DNA from: Roseibacillus sp.
GTDB taxonomy: Bacteria > Verrucomicrobiota > Verrucomicrobiia > Verrucomicrobiales > Akkermansiaceae
Direction: 5' to 3'
DNA: 64,000 nt
Assembly: GCA_051251855.1 (NCBI GenBank)
Contig: JBPOGI010000001.1
Location: forward strand, 384,001-448,000
Shown here: piece by piece, positions 10,710 through 19,031 of the stretch
How positions within the stretch are numbered: the first letter of the stretch is position 1
Layout of the letters: each line of letters starts with the position of its first letter
Made by a program: the position numbers and the translations under genes
The notes under the pieces: model-generated
What the model was told of the DNA's origin: nothing
Seen by the model: only the letters and a program-made list of their open reading frames with translations
Database searches by the model: none

Positions 10710-11384
10710 ATGACTGAATCTACTAAAGGGACCGTCGTGACGGTGGCGATTGTTGATGACCATCCCATGATGCGGGAAGGACTTTGCGGGCTCGTCGGCT
10801 CCATTGAAGGCTTCCATTGTTGTTGGGCTGCAGGCGATGCGAAAGAAACTATGACTGCTCTAGAGGGGGAGATTCCCAACTTGCTGATTGTGGACATGAG
10901 TCTGCCGGGAAGAAATGGATTGGAGCTGACCAAGGACATCCTCGCCCTCTATCCTAGTCTTCATATCTTAATGGTGTCCATGCATGACGAGACTCTCTAC
11001 GCGCAGAGAATTCTGCGGGCGGGTGCCAAGGGCTACATTATGAAGGATGCCCCGACCGAGCAGCTGATCGATGCGATTCAGAAAGTAGCTGTTGGGTCCA
11101 TGTGGGTCAGTGCCGCGATGTCGACCAAGATTATCGAGGCTTTTTCGGGGCAGCCGGGAGCGGACAAGGTGGAGGGGGTGCATCGACTCACTGATCGTGA
11201 GTTCGAGGTCTTTCAGTTGATCGGAGAGGGAAAGTCCAAGGCCGCTATTGCGGAGGCTCTCAATATCAGTCCTAAGACTGCCGATGTTCACAAGGCCCAC
11301 ATCCGAGAGAAGCTTGAGTTAGAGGATGCTGCCTCCGTTCTTCGCTATGCTGTGCGCTGGGTCGAGATGCGGAATCTTTCGTAA
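10710..11384 (+). CDS. NarL/LuxR-family response regulator
   Basis: IVDDHPMMREG receiver; LTDREFEVFQLIGEG...IAEALNISPKT HTH; starts 1 nt after the kinase stop. Confidence 0.92.
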   Translation: MTESTKGTVVTVAIVDDHPMMREGLCGLVGSIEGFHCCWAAGDAKETMTALEGEIPNLLIVDMSLPGRNGLELTKDILALYPSLHILMVSMHDETLYAQRILRAGAKGYIMKDAPTEQLIDAIQKVAVGSMWVSAAMSTKIIEAFSGQPGADKVEGVHRLTDREFEVFQLIGEGKSKAAIAEALNISPKTADVHKAHIREKLELEDAASVLRYAVRWVEMRNLS

Positions 11385-11425
11385 GAGGCTAGAAGTGGCC
11401 TAATGTTCATTACCCTTCGTTGGGA

Positions 11426-11755
11426 TTACGAGTGAAGTGTTTGCTCACGGAGTTTGCGAAGCTCCTGGTCCTTTATCTCCAGCTCGTCCATGAGATGGGC
11501 GATATGGCGGAGCAAACGGAGACTCGCTCTCCCCTCGTTGTGAAGCACGGCCAGATGTCGGAGCCTGAGCAAGCCCTTGGCATCGAAAATCATGTCTCCG
11601 CTGGCATCGGAATAAGCCCTCACGAAGTGTCCTCGTGCAAATTCCTCCACCAAATCGGGATGCAGTTCACAGCAATCGGCGGCTTCTTGGAGAGTGATCG
11701 TGGTTTGGGAACCTTTGTCGTGATTCCAAACCGTAATTTCTGTCGAAGAGTTCAT
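11426..11755 (-). CDS. cbpM: Chaperone modulator CbpM-like (MerR-like)
   Basis: TLQEAADCCELHPDLVEEF...LRLRHL...LMDELE; directly downstream of cbpA. Confidence 0.7.
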   Translation of the reverse strand: MNSSTEITVWNHDKGSQTTITLQEAADCCELHPDLVEEFARGHFVRAYSDASGDMIFDAKGLLRLRHLAVLHNEGRASLRLLRHIAHLMDELEIKDQELRKLREQTLHS

Positions 11756-11778
11756 GGCATTGTGCGTTTGGTTTGTTT

Positions 11779-12744
11779 TTAAAGGGAGGGGCGAGGAAAG
11801 AAGTTGGAAGCGGAAGCGAGAGCCTGCCAGGATTCCTTTTCGGCTGAGGAAATGGTTTCTGGAACGACGATTTTGATTCGGGCGTATAGGTCTCCGCGTT
11901 TGGCTTCGACGCCAGTGGAAAGACCCTTCCCTTTGACTCGAAGTTCGGTGTCAGCGGTGGAACCTTCGGGCACTCGAATTTGAATTGGGCCATCCAAGCC
12001 GGCGAGCGATACGGTGGTTCCGAGCACTGCTTCCCAAGGTGTGAGGAGGAGTTCTTGCTCAAGATCGCATCCCTTGACCTGAAAATATGGGTGCTTCTCG
12101 AGCCGAGCATGAAGAAAAAGATCGCCTGAGGCTCCGCCATGGAAGCCCGGCTCGCCATAGCCAGCACAGCGTATCAGCTGACCCTCGCCGATTCCTTTTG
12201 GAATTCGGATTTTCGGTGTTTTGATGGTCCGCTCACCGGTGGCTTGGTCAACCTGCACGAGCTGAAGAGTTCTCTCTGCTCCGAGGTGAGCTTCCTTCAG
12301 AGAGAGCAGAATGTCAGCATGAACATCGCGTCCTCTCCTTCCAGTTCCAGAGGTGCCGGAGGAGCGGGAACGAAATTGTTCGAAGCCGTTGGCCCCAGCA
12401 CCAGGATGTCCTTGGGCTCCGAACATTTGCTCGAAGAAATCACTGAAGCCGGTGCCTGAAAATTGCTGTTCAAAGCCTTCTTCCGAGGTTGCACCGGGTC
12501 TTCCTGTTGGGGTGCCTGACTCTTGCCAGTTGGGTCCCAGCTCATCGTATTTCTTTCGTTTTTCAGGTGAGCCGAGAACTTCGTAAGCCTCATTGATTTC
12601 TTTGAATTTTTCTTCTGCAACCTCGGGGTTCTCGGCCACATCAGGGTGATACTTGCGGGCCAGCTTACGAAATGCCTTTTTGATTTCGTCCTGTTTGGCG
12701 GTCTTCTCGACCCCAAGAATCTGATAGTAGTCGCGGTAATTCAT
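11779..12744 (-). CDS. cbpA: DnaJ-class co-chaperone / curved DNA-binding protein
   Basis: J domain with HPD; G/F region [12 protein letters not shown]-terminal LTPWEAVLG; no Zn finger. Confidence 0.9.
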   Translation of the reverse strand: MNYRDYYQILGVEKTAKQDEIKKAFRKLARKYHPDVAENPEVAEEKFKEINEAYEVLGSPEKRKKYDELGPNWQESGTPTGRPGATSEEGFEQQFSGTGFSDFFEQMFGAQGHPGAGANGFEQFRSRSSGTSGTGRRGRDVHADILLSLKEAHLGAERTLQLVQVDQATGERTIKTPKIRIPKGIGEGQLIRCAGYGEPGFHGGASGDLFLHARLEKHPYFQVKGCDLEQELLLTPWEAVLGTTVSLAGLDGPIQIRVPEGSTADTELRVKGKGLSTGVEAKRGDLYARIKIVVPETISSAEKESWQALASASNFFPRPSL

Positions 12745-12750
12745 CAGCGA

Positions 12751-13098
12751 TTATTGACCTTGCTCATGTTTGGTCTGGCAAGAGAGACAGAGCGAGACCG
12801 AGGGCTTGGCCTGTAGGCGAGCAAGGGGGATTTCCTCCTGACAATTCGAGCAGGCGCCATAGCTTCCATCCTCGATACGTGCGAGAGCGAGTTTGATTTT
12901 AGCAATCAGCTTGATCTCGCTGCCTTTGACCCGTTCAAGAACTTCAATACTAGAATCCGTAGCTTGATCGACTCGGTCACCCAGATCTTTTCTGGAGGCT
13001 TCCGTTTCTTGTTCGTCGAAATCCTGCAACAGGCGCTCCTGCTCTATCAGTTGTTCTTCCAGCTCGTTTTTGAGTTTCTTGATTTCAGAGGCCGTCAT
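12751..13098 (-). CDS. TraR/DksA C4-type zinc-finger protein
   Basis: DRVDQA (DxxDxA); ALARIEDGSYGACSNC...IPLARLQAKP...CLSCQ; likely ATG at 13098. Confidence 0.88.
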   Translation of the reverse strand: MTASEIKKLKNELEEQLIEQERLLQDFDEQETEASRKDLGDRVDQATDSSIEVLERVKGSEIKLIAKIKLALARIEDGSYGACSNCQEEIPLARLQAKPSVSLCLSCQTKHEQGQ

Positions 13099-13175
13099 AT
13101 CGTTTGAGAGTAGTCTTTTTCTCATCTTCAGCAACGCGTGCATTGCTCGATGCAAAGCGGGAATTGTCGTGGATG

Positions 13176-13505
13176 CTACCGGTCGGTGAAGACATCGAGG
13201 TAAGTCTGGAGGGAGTTTTCTTCTTTAGCGGAAAGGTCGGCCAAGTGCGCCATGGATGCGATTTTAGCGTGGTATTCGGGAAGCGTCGTTGTGGAAGGGA
13301 GTTGGTGTTCATGGCATTGGGCACAGTGCTGCCGATAGATTTGGTAGCCTTGCTTCAATTCCACGTAAGACTTGCCACTGACTTTAGCCATTTTGGGTGA
13401 AGGAACAGGGGTTGCTATCTCTTGCTCAGCGGAGATGCGCTGGTGTTGGGAGCATGAAGCGAGGAGAAACCCGAGAGAGAAAAAAGAGACGATGGGTGAT
13501 TTCAT
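13176..13505 (-). CDS. Lipoprotein monoheme cytochrome c
   Basis: Lipobox LLAS-C; CAQCH heme motif; downstream Met; ATG overlaps the USP stop (ATGA). Confidence 0.75.
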   Translation of the reverse strand: MKSPIVSFFSLGFLLASCSQHQRISAEQEIATPVPSPKMAKVSGKSYVELKQGYQIYRQHCAQCHEHQLPSTTTLPEYHAKIASMAHLADLSAKEENSLQTYLDVFTDR

Positions 13506-14392
13506 TTGGTGGGGTCGGGTTTGACGGTGAGGACGGAACTGGGGCACTTATGGACGATTTTTTCCGCTGTGGTTCCAAGTAGAATGCTTTTAATTCCGGT
13601 GCGACCTCGAGTGCCTAAGATGGTGAGGTCTGCGTTCATCTGAGTGACGTAGTCGATGATTTCTTTGTCGCTGGAACCACCGTCTCTGACAGCGGTCGTA
13701 ATCTGAAGGTTGGGATGGTCTTGCAAGAGGCCGTTTGCGGCTGCGGCCACTTTTTTTTGCAATCGTTCCTGCCGTTCGACGAAGAAGGTGTCGGGGAGGG
13801 ACGGCATGTCGTAGGTCCAGTTGTAGGGATAGGGTTCCGTGAGCTGAACGTGGAGAATATGGAGGTGAGACTGATGGGCGAGAGCAACTTCGGTAGCGTA
13901 TGCCAGAGCCTTGTCCGAGGTCGGAGAGAAGTCGTGGCAGGCGACGATAGTTTTGAAGGGAACTCGCTCCTTTTCTCTGACGAGAAGGACCGGGAGAGCG
14001 CTTTTCCTCACAAAGCGAGTCGCGATTGTTCCCGTGCGGTCTTTGTTGCCACTATTTCCGTAGCAGCCAAGGACGAGGAGGTCGCAGTGCAGGGACTTGG
14101 TCGCATTCTCCAATTCTTCAAACGGGTGCCCGATGAAGATATGGAAATGAAACGGGGGAGGAAAGTCAAAGGATTCAAGAGCTAGCTTTTGAAGACTTTT
14201 CTCAGCCTGAGCTTTGAGGCTGTCGAAGGTAAGGTATTTCTCATCGATCGCATTTTCGAAAAATTCAATATCGATAACGTGCACGAGGTGAAGCTCTGAT
14301 TTTCGGAGGTTAGCAATATAGCCCGCCTCCTTGAGAGCTGCTTGCGAGGCTTCCGAGAAGTCGATTCCAACAATGATATCTGAGGTGCTCAT
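13502..14392 (-). CDS. Universal stress protein (tandem USP domains)
   Basis: IIVGIDFSEAS...LHLVHV; IVACHDFSPTS...DLTILGTRGRTGIKSILLGTTAEKIV. Confidence 0.92.
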   Translation of the reverse strand: MSTSDIIVGIDFSEASQAALKEAGYIANLRKSELHLVHVIDIEFFENAIDEKYLTFDSLKAQAEKSLQKLALESFDFPPPFHFHIFIGHPFEELENATKSLHCDLLVLGCYGNSGNKDRTGTIATRFVRKSALPVLLVREKERVPFKTIVACHDFSPTSDKALAYATEVALAHQSHLHILHVQLTEPYPYNWTYDMPSLPDTFFVERQERLQKKVAAAANGLLQDHPNLQITTAVRDGGSSDKEIIDYVTQMNADLTILGTRGRTGIKSILLGTTAEKIVHKCPSSVLTVKPDPTK

Positions 14393-14512
14393 GACTTTAT
14401 CAACCTGAGCCTTGGGACGGAAAAGAACTCGGCACTCCTTGCTCTTTTCTAGTTCGGTATTGATACGAATTGAGAAGGACGACTATCCTACCTAAGGGGC
14501 GCATAGACAGGA

Positions 14513-15196
14513 TTAGTCTGGCACGTTACCGTCTGTCTCCTTGCGTTCTTGGCGCTCTGCGTCCGTTAAATCATAGCCAAACATGCCGGCGGCGAGGGCT
14601 TCCCAGACGAAGGCCGAGGCTTTCTGGATCTTTCTCCCAATCACAGGTAGCTCATCCTTGGACGTCTCACCGAGTTCTCTCAGTTCTTGGGAGAATTCCT
14701 TAGCTAGTTTTTTGGTCTTCTCTCGCTCGCGAACGAGGGCTTCTCCGGTATAGTGCTTACCCAGTTTGAAGTGAATGTGGAGGTTCTCCATTTTGCCCTC
14801 AAGTTTCCGGATCTTTGCCACAAAGTCCTTGTAGCGGAGGATTCCCTCATGGTCTTCAGCTGATTCGATCCGCTGCATGGTGGTGTCCATGGCAGTGAGA
14901 GAATTTAGAATACCTTCTTTTTGTTCTCGGAAGGCGTCCTCGGTTTCCATGCGCGCTAGCGTGAGTTGTAGCTCGAGGTCATCGAGTTGCTGTTTGAGTG
15001 CGTGCCATTCAATCCCAAGGGTATCATTGAGTCCATGTGCCTGCTCGAGAAATCCTTGAGAGGCCTTCTTCAGTTCCTGACAGTGTTCCTCAAATTGGTG
15101 GATAGCTTCGTTGGTATCGAGAGCCATTTCACTTTCGAGTTCCTCTAGCTTGGAGGCAAGTTGCTCGATTGTGTTGGTAGTCTGATTTGTGGTCAT
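14513..15196 (-). CDS. Uncharacterised coiled-coil protein, copy 1
   Basis: 227 aa, E/K/L-rich; about 83% identical (38 differences by manual count) to 21218-21901. Confidence 0.8.
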   Translation of the reverse strand: MTTNQTTNTIEQLASKLEELESEMALDTNEAIHQFEEHCQELKKASQGFLEQAHGLNDTLGIEWHALKQQLDDLELQLTLARMETEDAFREQKEGILNSLTAMDTTMQRIESAEDHEGILRYKDFVAKIRKLEGKMENLHIHFKLGKHYTGEALVREREKTKKLAKEFSQELRELGETSKDELPVIGRKIQKASAFVWEALAAGMFGYDLTDAERQERKETDGNVPD

Positions 15197-15217
15197 TTTA
15201 TTGTTCTTAGTATGTGC

Positions 15218-15305
15218 CTAGAAGAGAAGGTTGAGAACCGCCATGAGCGCTCGTCCCGCGAGGAGGTTCGTGAAGCCTGCTGAGAATCCAAAAGAAGGCA
15301 CTCAC
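15218..15305 (-). pseudogene. Internally deleted ZIP transporter remnant
   Basis: First ~9 codons identical to the start of 21921-22658, joined out of frame to a diverged copy of its last ~18 codons (FTNLLAGRALMAVLNLLF* vs FLSFLAGILLMAALKLLF*). Confidence 0.7.
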
Positions 15306-15314
15306 AACACGGGA

Positions 15315-15847
15315 TTAAGCCTCACTAGAGGAATGATTTTTGAGGAAGCGATGGCTGAGGAAAGTAGCGATGATGAGGAGGGCGATCCATACAGGGGCTG
15401 GCACTGGGGTAGCTTCATCGAGGCGGATTTTTCCCAGGACGCCCACGGACAGGATATGCTCATTGACCCATCCGTAGGAGAGCGCGTAGAGAATTCCTCC
15501 TACGAGCATGCCCACCATTCCGATCAAGGCGTGGACACTTCCAATCGCTGCTGCAGCGATTCCGGTGCCGGGGCAATATCCATAGATCACCATGCCAGCT
15601 CCAAAGAGGAGCCCTCCCAAAGAGACTCCGAGGACGAGGGTGTCCTTGATATGGTATCCCGCAATCCAGTCCAGGCGGGCAAAGAGATAAACGCCGATGC
15701 TCCCCACTGTGATGGCGGTGAGCATGACCTTGGGGACGGTCATGTCCCTGAAGCGGAAGAAGTTGACGATGACATTGTAGTCGGTGACTCGACCCTTGTT
15801 CAGCAGGCTGCCAAAGAGAGTGCCGAAGATTGCGGCGAGAATGAGTC
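15315..15847 (-). pseudogene. 5'-truncated duplicate of the YeeE/YedE gene
   Basis: 15277-15847 aligns without gaps to 22630-23200; the first ~11 codons are missing and an in-frame TGA lies at the junction. Confidence 0.8.
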
Positions 15848-16079
15848 AATCTGGAGCGATAAGCATGCCAGTAAAACAGGGGGACGGCTGAAGAATCATG
15901 TTCTCCCATATTTGGGGAAACGACAGATAGCAGATATTGAGCCGATGGAAGTATTAGTTATAATCCAAAAAATAGAGGCCAAGGGGATGACGTATATGAG
16001 TCGGAGGGTCTTGCCGCTTTGCCAATCGGTTTTTCGATTTGGAAAAATTACAGGGCATCTGAAACGTAAATCACAGTGA
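15848..16079 (+). mobile_element. Fragment of a P4/IntA-like tyrosine integrase (core-binding domain)
   Basis: WSDKHASKTGGRLKNHVLPYLGKRQIADIEPMEVLVIIQKIEAKG...RRVLPLCQSVFRFG; visibly more AT-rich; no start codon or catalytic domain. Confidence 0.72.
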
Positions 16080-16259
16080 ACTCGGATAGCACGCACTGGG
16101 AGTAGTTTTAAAATGGATTCTGCGGGTCAGTGTTCATCGCCTGCCGAGTGTCTTTCCTTTAAGTGTCTTCAACGCGATGCTTTTCTTGAATTTAGTGGTT
16201 GAGATGAAAGAGAGTCTGTTGAGAGGGGGCTTGCTTGGTTGCGTTCTTGATAGGAAGCT

Positions 16260-16904
16260 TTGCAAGCTATGAGAGGTCTTCCTAAATTGGTTGTCGCGAT
16301 TTGGATGGGTTTGATCGTCTCGATTGCAGGTTCGTTGTATGTGGGGAGCTGGGATACGGTACTGGTTTCCTCCCTCACTCTGATTCTCACGATTCTGCCC
16401 ATCGCGTTTGCAAATCGCTTTGAGGTGAAATTGCCGACACGCTTTGCGGTTGCGATCATCGTGTTCGTTTTTGCGACGATGTTCCTTGGTGAAGTCGAGG
16501 GTTTCTATGAACGTTTTTGGTGGTGGGATGTGCTTTTGCACGGTGGTTCGGCCGTGGCGCTTGGGCTTTTTGGATTCCTCTGCATCTTTATGTTGTTTGA
16601 AGGGGATCGTTTCGCGGCTCCGCCAATTGCTCTTGCGATTCTGAGCTTCTGTTTTGCGGTTGCAGTTGGTGCGGTTTGGGAAATCTTTGAGTTCACGATG
16701 GATCGGTATTTTGGATCGAACATGCAGAAGTCCGGGCTCGTGGATACGATGTGGGATCTCGTTGTTGATTGCGCTGGCGGGTTGATCGGTTCGCTCAGTG
16801 GTTACCTCTATTTACTCAAGCGCCGAGGCTATGGTGTTTTTGCGGGATGGTTCGATGCCTTTATCGAGCGCAACAAATCGCACTTTAAGAAGTTCCAACG
16901 CTGA
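16260..16904 (+). CDS. Integral membrane protein, DUF2238/YjdF-like
   Basis: Multiple TM segments; WWDVLLH...WEIFEF...DTMWDL pattern. Confidence 0.7.
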   Translation: MQAMRGLPKLVVAIWMGLIVSIAGSLYVGSWDTVLVSSLTLILTILPIAFANRFEVKLPTRFAVAIIVFVFATMFLGEVEGFYERFWWWDVLLHGGSAVALGLFGFLCIFMLFEGDRFAAPPIALAILSFCFAVAVGAVWEIFEFTMDRYFGSNMQKSGLVDTMWDLVVDCAGGLIGSLSGYLYLLKRRGYGVFAGWFDAFIERNKSHFKKFQR

Positions 16905-16920
16905 ACCGTTGTCTCTTGCT

Positions 16921-18225
16921 TTATTTGCCTTCTCCGACTGTGCGGCCAAAGAATTTATTTAGAATGATCTCGGTCACTACGGCTGCTAGAAGGAAGAGAC
17001 CAAGGGAGATCAAGATGTCCTTGGACTCGCGGCTCACGTAGATGATGGCGAGAATCATTGCGCCGAGACTGACAAGGGCGGCAAGTAAGACTACGAAATA
17101 GGAAGCCCCAGTTTCTTTGATCCTTCGGAGGTGTCCGATGTGGGTGACGCCATGAACGAGGAGCACAGAAATGGAGCCAATGGCGGCAATTTGGGAGAGA
17201 TCGAAAAAGAGGTCCAATAAGATGATGATAATGCCACTGATGACGAGGCCCTCACGGCTATGGCCGAGGGGCTTGCCGAAGGCTTGGGGGAGTTCTCCGT
17301 TCTTGGCCAACTCATAAGTGACGTTGGTCACTGCGTAGAGGTTGGCATTGATGGAGGAAGCGGTTGAGATAAGTGCGGTGATAGCTACGATTGTGAAGCC
17401 AATGCTTCCAAAAATAGGCTTGGCTGCTTCGGCAAGGGCGTATTCCTTTGCCGCAATAACTTCAGGAGTGGTGAGATGTCCAAAGACGGCGAAAGAAATT
17501 GCGATGTAGAGGCCCATCACGAGAAGGATCGCGGTCATGATGGCCCGAGGTAGAGTTCGCTCAGGGTCGGGCATGTCTTCGACACTATTGGTGATGACCC
17601 GGAATCCTTCAAAAGCGAAGAAGGTGATTGCGAGGCTGAAGAGAATATTCCCGGTGGGCGGGAAGCCAGAAGGAGAGAGTAGTTCAGGTTTTAAAGTGAC
17701 GATTCCAACAATCGCGAGTGCTACGAGAACGATGAACTTGATTGCGACAGTGAGCTTTTCCCAAAACGCGACATCTTTTGCTCCTCGTAGATTGATCAGA
17801 ACGAAGAGGACGATCACTCCCACGGAAAAAATGTGATGCCAGTAGTCTGGTGCTGATCCGGGAAGGAAGGTGGCGGCGTAGTTGCCAAAGGTTTTTGAAA
17901 CAAGTGAGATTGAGACGACGGCAGCGATGTAGAGTACGATACTCATGGAGCCAGTGAACAATCCTGGACCAAATCCTCGCACCAAATATTCCACGATCCC
18001 GCCGGCTGATTGGTAGCGCGCTCCAAGTTTTCCAAGGGAGTATCCACTGAAGAGGGCAATGACTCCACCGATGATAAAGGAGATGTAAACAGCGCTTCCT
18101 GCAATGGCTCCAGCTTCACCGAGGAGGGCGAAGATTCCCGCGCCGATCATCGCCCCGATACCGAGTGAGACTGCTGCCCAGAAAGTCATGGGCCTTTCAT
18201 TGGAGTGGGGCTTTTGCTTTTTCAT
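16921..18225 (-). CDS. APC-family amino-acid permease
   Basis: GAMIGAGIF in TM1, FFAFEGF in TM6, about 12 TM segments; likely ATG at 18225. Confidence 0.9.
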   Translation of the reverse strand: MKKQKPHSNERPMTFWAAVSLGIGAMIGAGIFALLGEAGAIAGSAVYISFIIGGVIALFSGYSLGKLGARYQSAGGIVEYLVRGFGPGLFTGSMSIVLYIAAVVSISLVSKTFGNYAATFLPGSAPDYWHHIFSVGVIVLFVLINLRGAKDVAFWEKLTVAIKFIVLVALAIVGIVTLKPELLSPSGFPPTGNILFSLAITFFAFEGFRVITNSVEDMPDPERTLPRAIMTAILLVMGLYIAISFAVFGHLTTPEVIAAKEYALAEAAKPIFGSIGFTIVAITALISTASSINANLYAVTNVTYELAKNGELPQAFGKPLGHSREGLVISGIIIILLDLFFDLSQIAAIGSISVLLVHGVTHIGHLRRIKETGASYFVVLLAALVSLGAMILAIIYVSRESKDILISLGLFLLAAVVTEIILNKFFGRTVGEGK

Positions 18226-18472
18226 TTGCGATGAGGTAATAGGGCGAAGTCCGAACTGACAAGTCCCGGAGGGTGAGAATACCCTGTGGTCGCTATCCGT
18301 GCAATTGCCGGGAGAGACAGGTGTCGATGTGCCTAAGATGGCGTTCAATAGCTGTGGACAATCGGTCGATTTCTAGGGATTCCATGGGATTCTGGCTAAT
18401 GCCAATTGGCGCATAAGTTCAGGCAAAAAACGCCCAGTCAGGTGCTCGGATCCTGCGCAGTCTGTCGGCACA

Positions 18473-18833
18473 ATGCCCATCGAAATTAGAGAATTGAACG
18501 GTAACGAAGCTCTCGAACTGATCCTCTCAGGCTCAATCGGCAAGGAGGACTACGGGGAGACCATTCCCATTGTTGAGGGAGCCATTGCCCAACATGGAAA
18601 GGTTTCGCTCCTAATGAATCTGTGCCAGATGGAACACTGGGAGCCGAATACGATCTGGGAGGAGCTAAAGTTTGATGTGAAGAATTTTCGTCACTTCGCC
18701 AAGATTGCGGTGGTTGGAAATGAAAGATGGGAAGAGTGGCTGACCAAGGCCTCGGGGTATTACTCCTGCCGAGGTTCGATTCTTTGGTTGCTCAGCGAGC
18801 GAGGCTGCTGAGCGATGGTTTTTAGATGAGTAA
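18473..18833 (+). pseudogene. SpoIIAA-like (STAS/SEC14) protein, frameshifted near 18752
   Basis: WEELKFDVKNFRHFAKIAVVGNERWEEWL; the family-type tail ITPAEVRFF...AAERWF continues in another frame to TAA at 18833. Confidence 0.72.
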
Positions 18834-19031
18834 GTTGCTTTGACTCCGAAGAGTTAACTGGAATAAGCGGGATCAGACTCCGGACAATGGCCTGTCGCTA
18901 GGCTCACTAGTGGCGAGTTGGCTATTCGCAACTGGGCTGATGCCAGTGGGGCGGAGACCCTTTTTCGCTACCCGGTACCCGCTGGCAGAAGAGGGGGCTC
19001 ATTGAGAAGGAGGGAGATGCTCGCGATGATG

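Noticed and set aside
14455..14475. FNR/CRP-type box (TTGAT half-site) upstream of the USP gene
   Set aside because: No matching ATCAA half-site at the 4-nt spacing
15231..16079. 282-aa plus-strand ORF as a real fusion protein
   Set aside because: Its first ~205 codons are the antisense of the YeeE duplicate; only the tail is integrase-like
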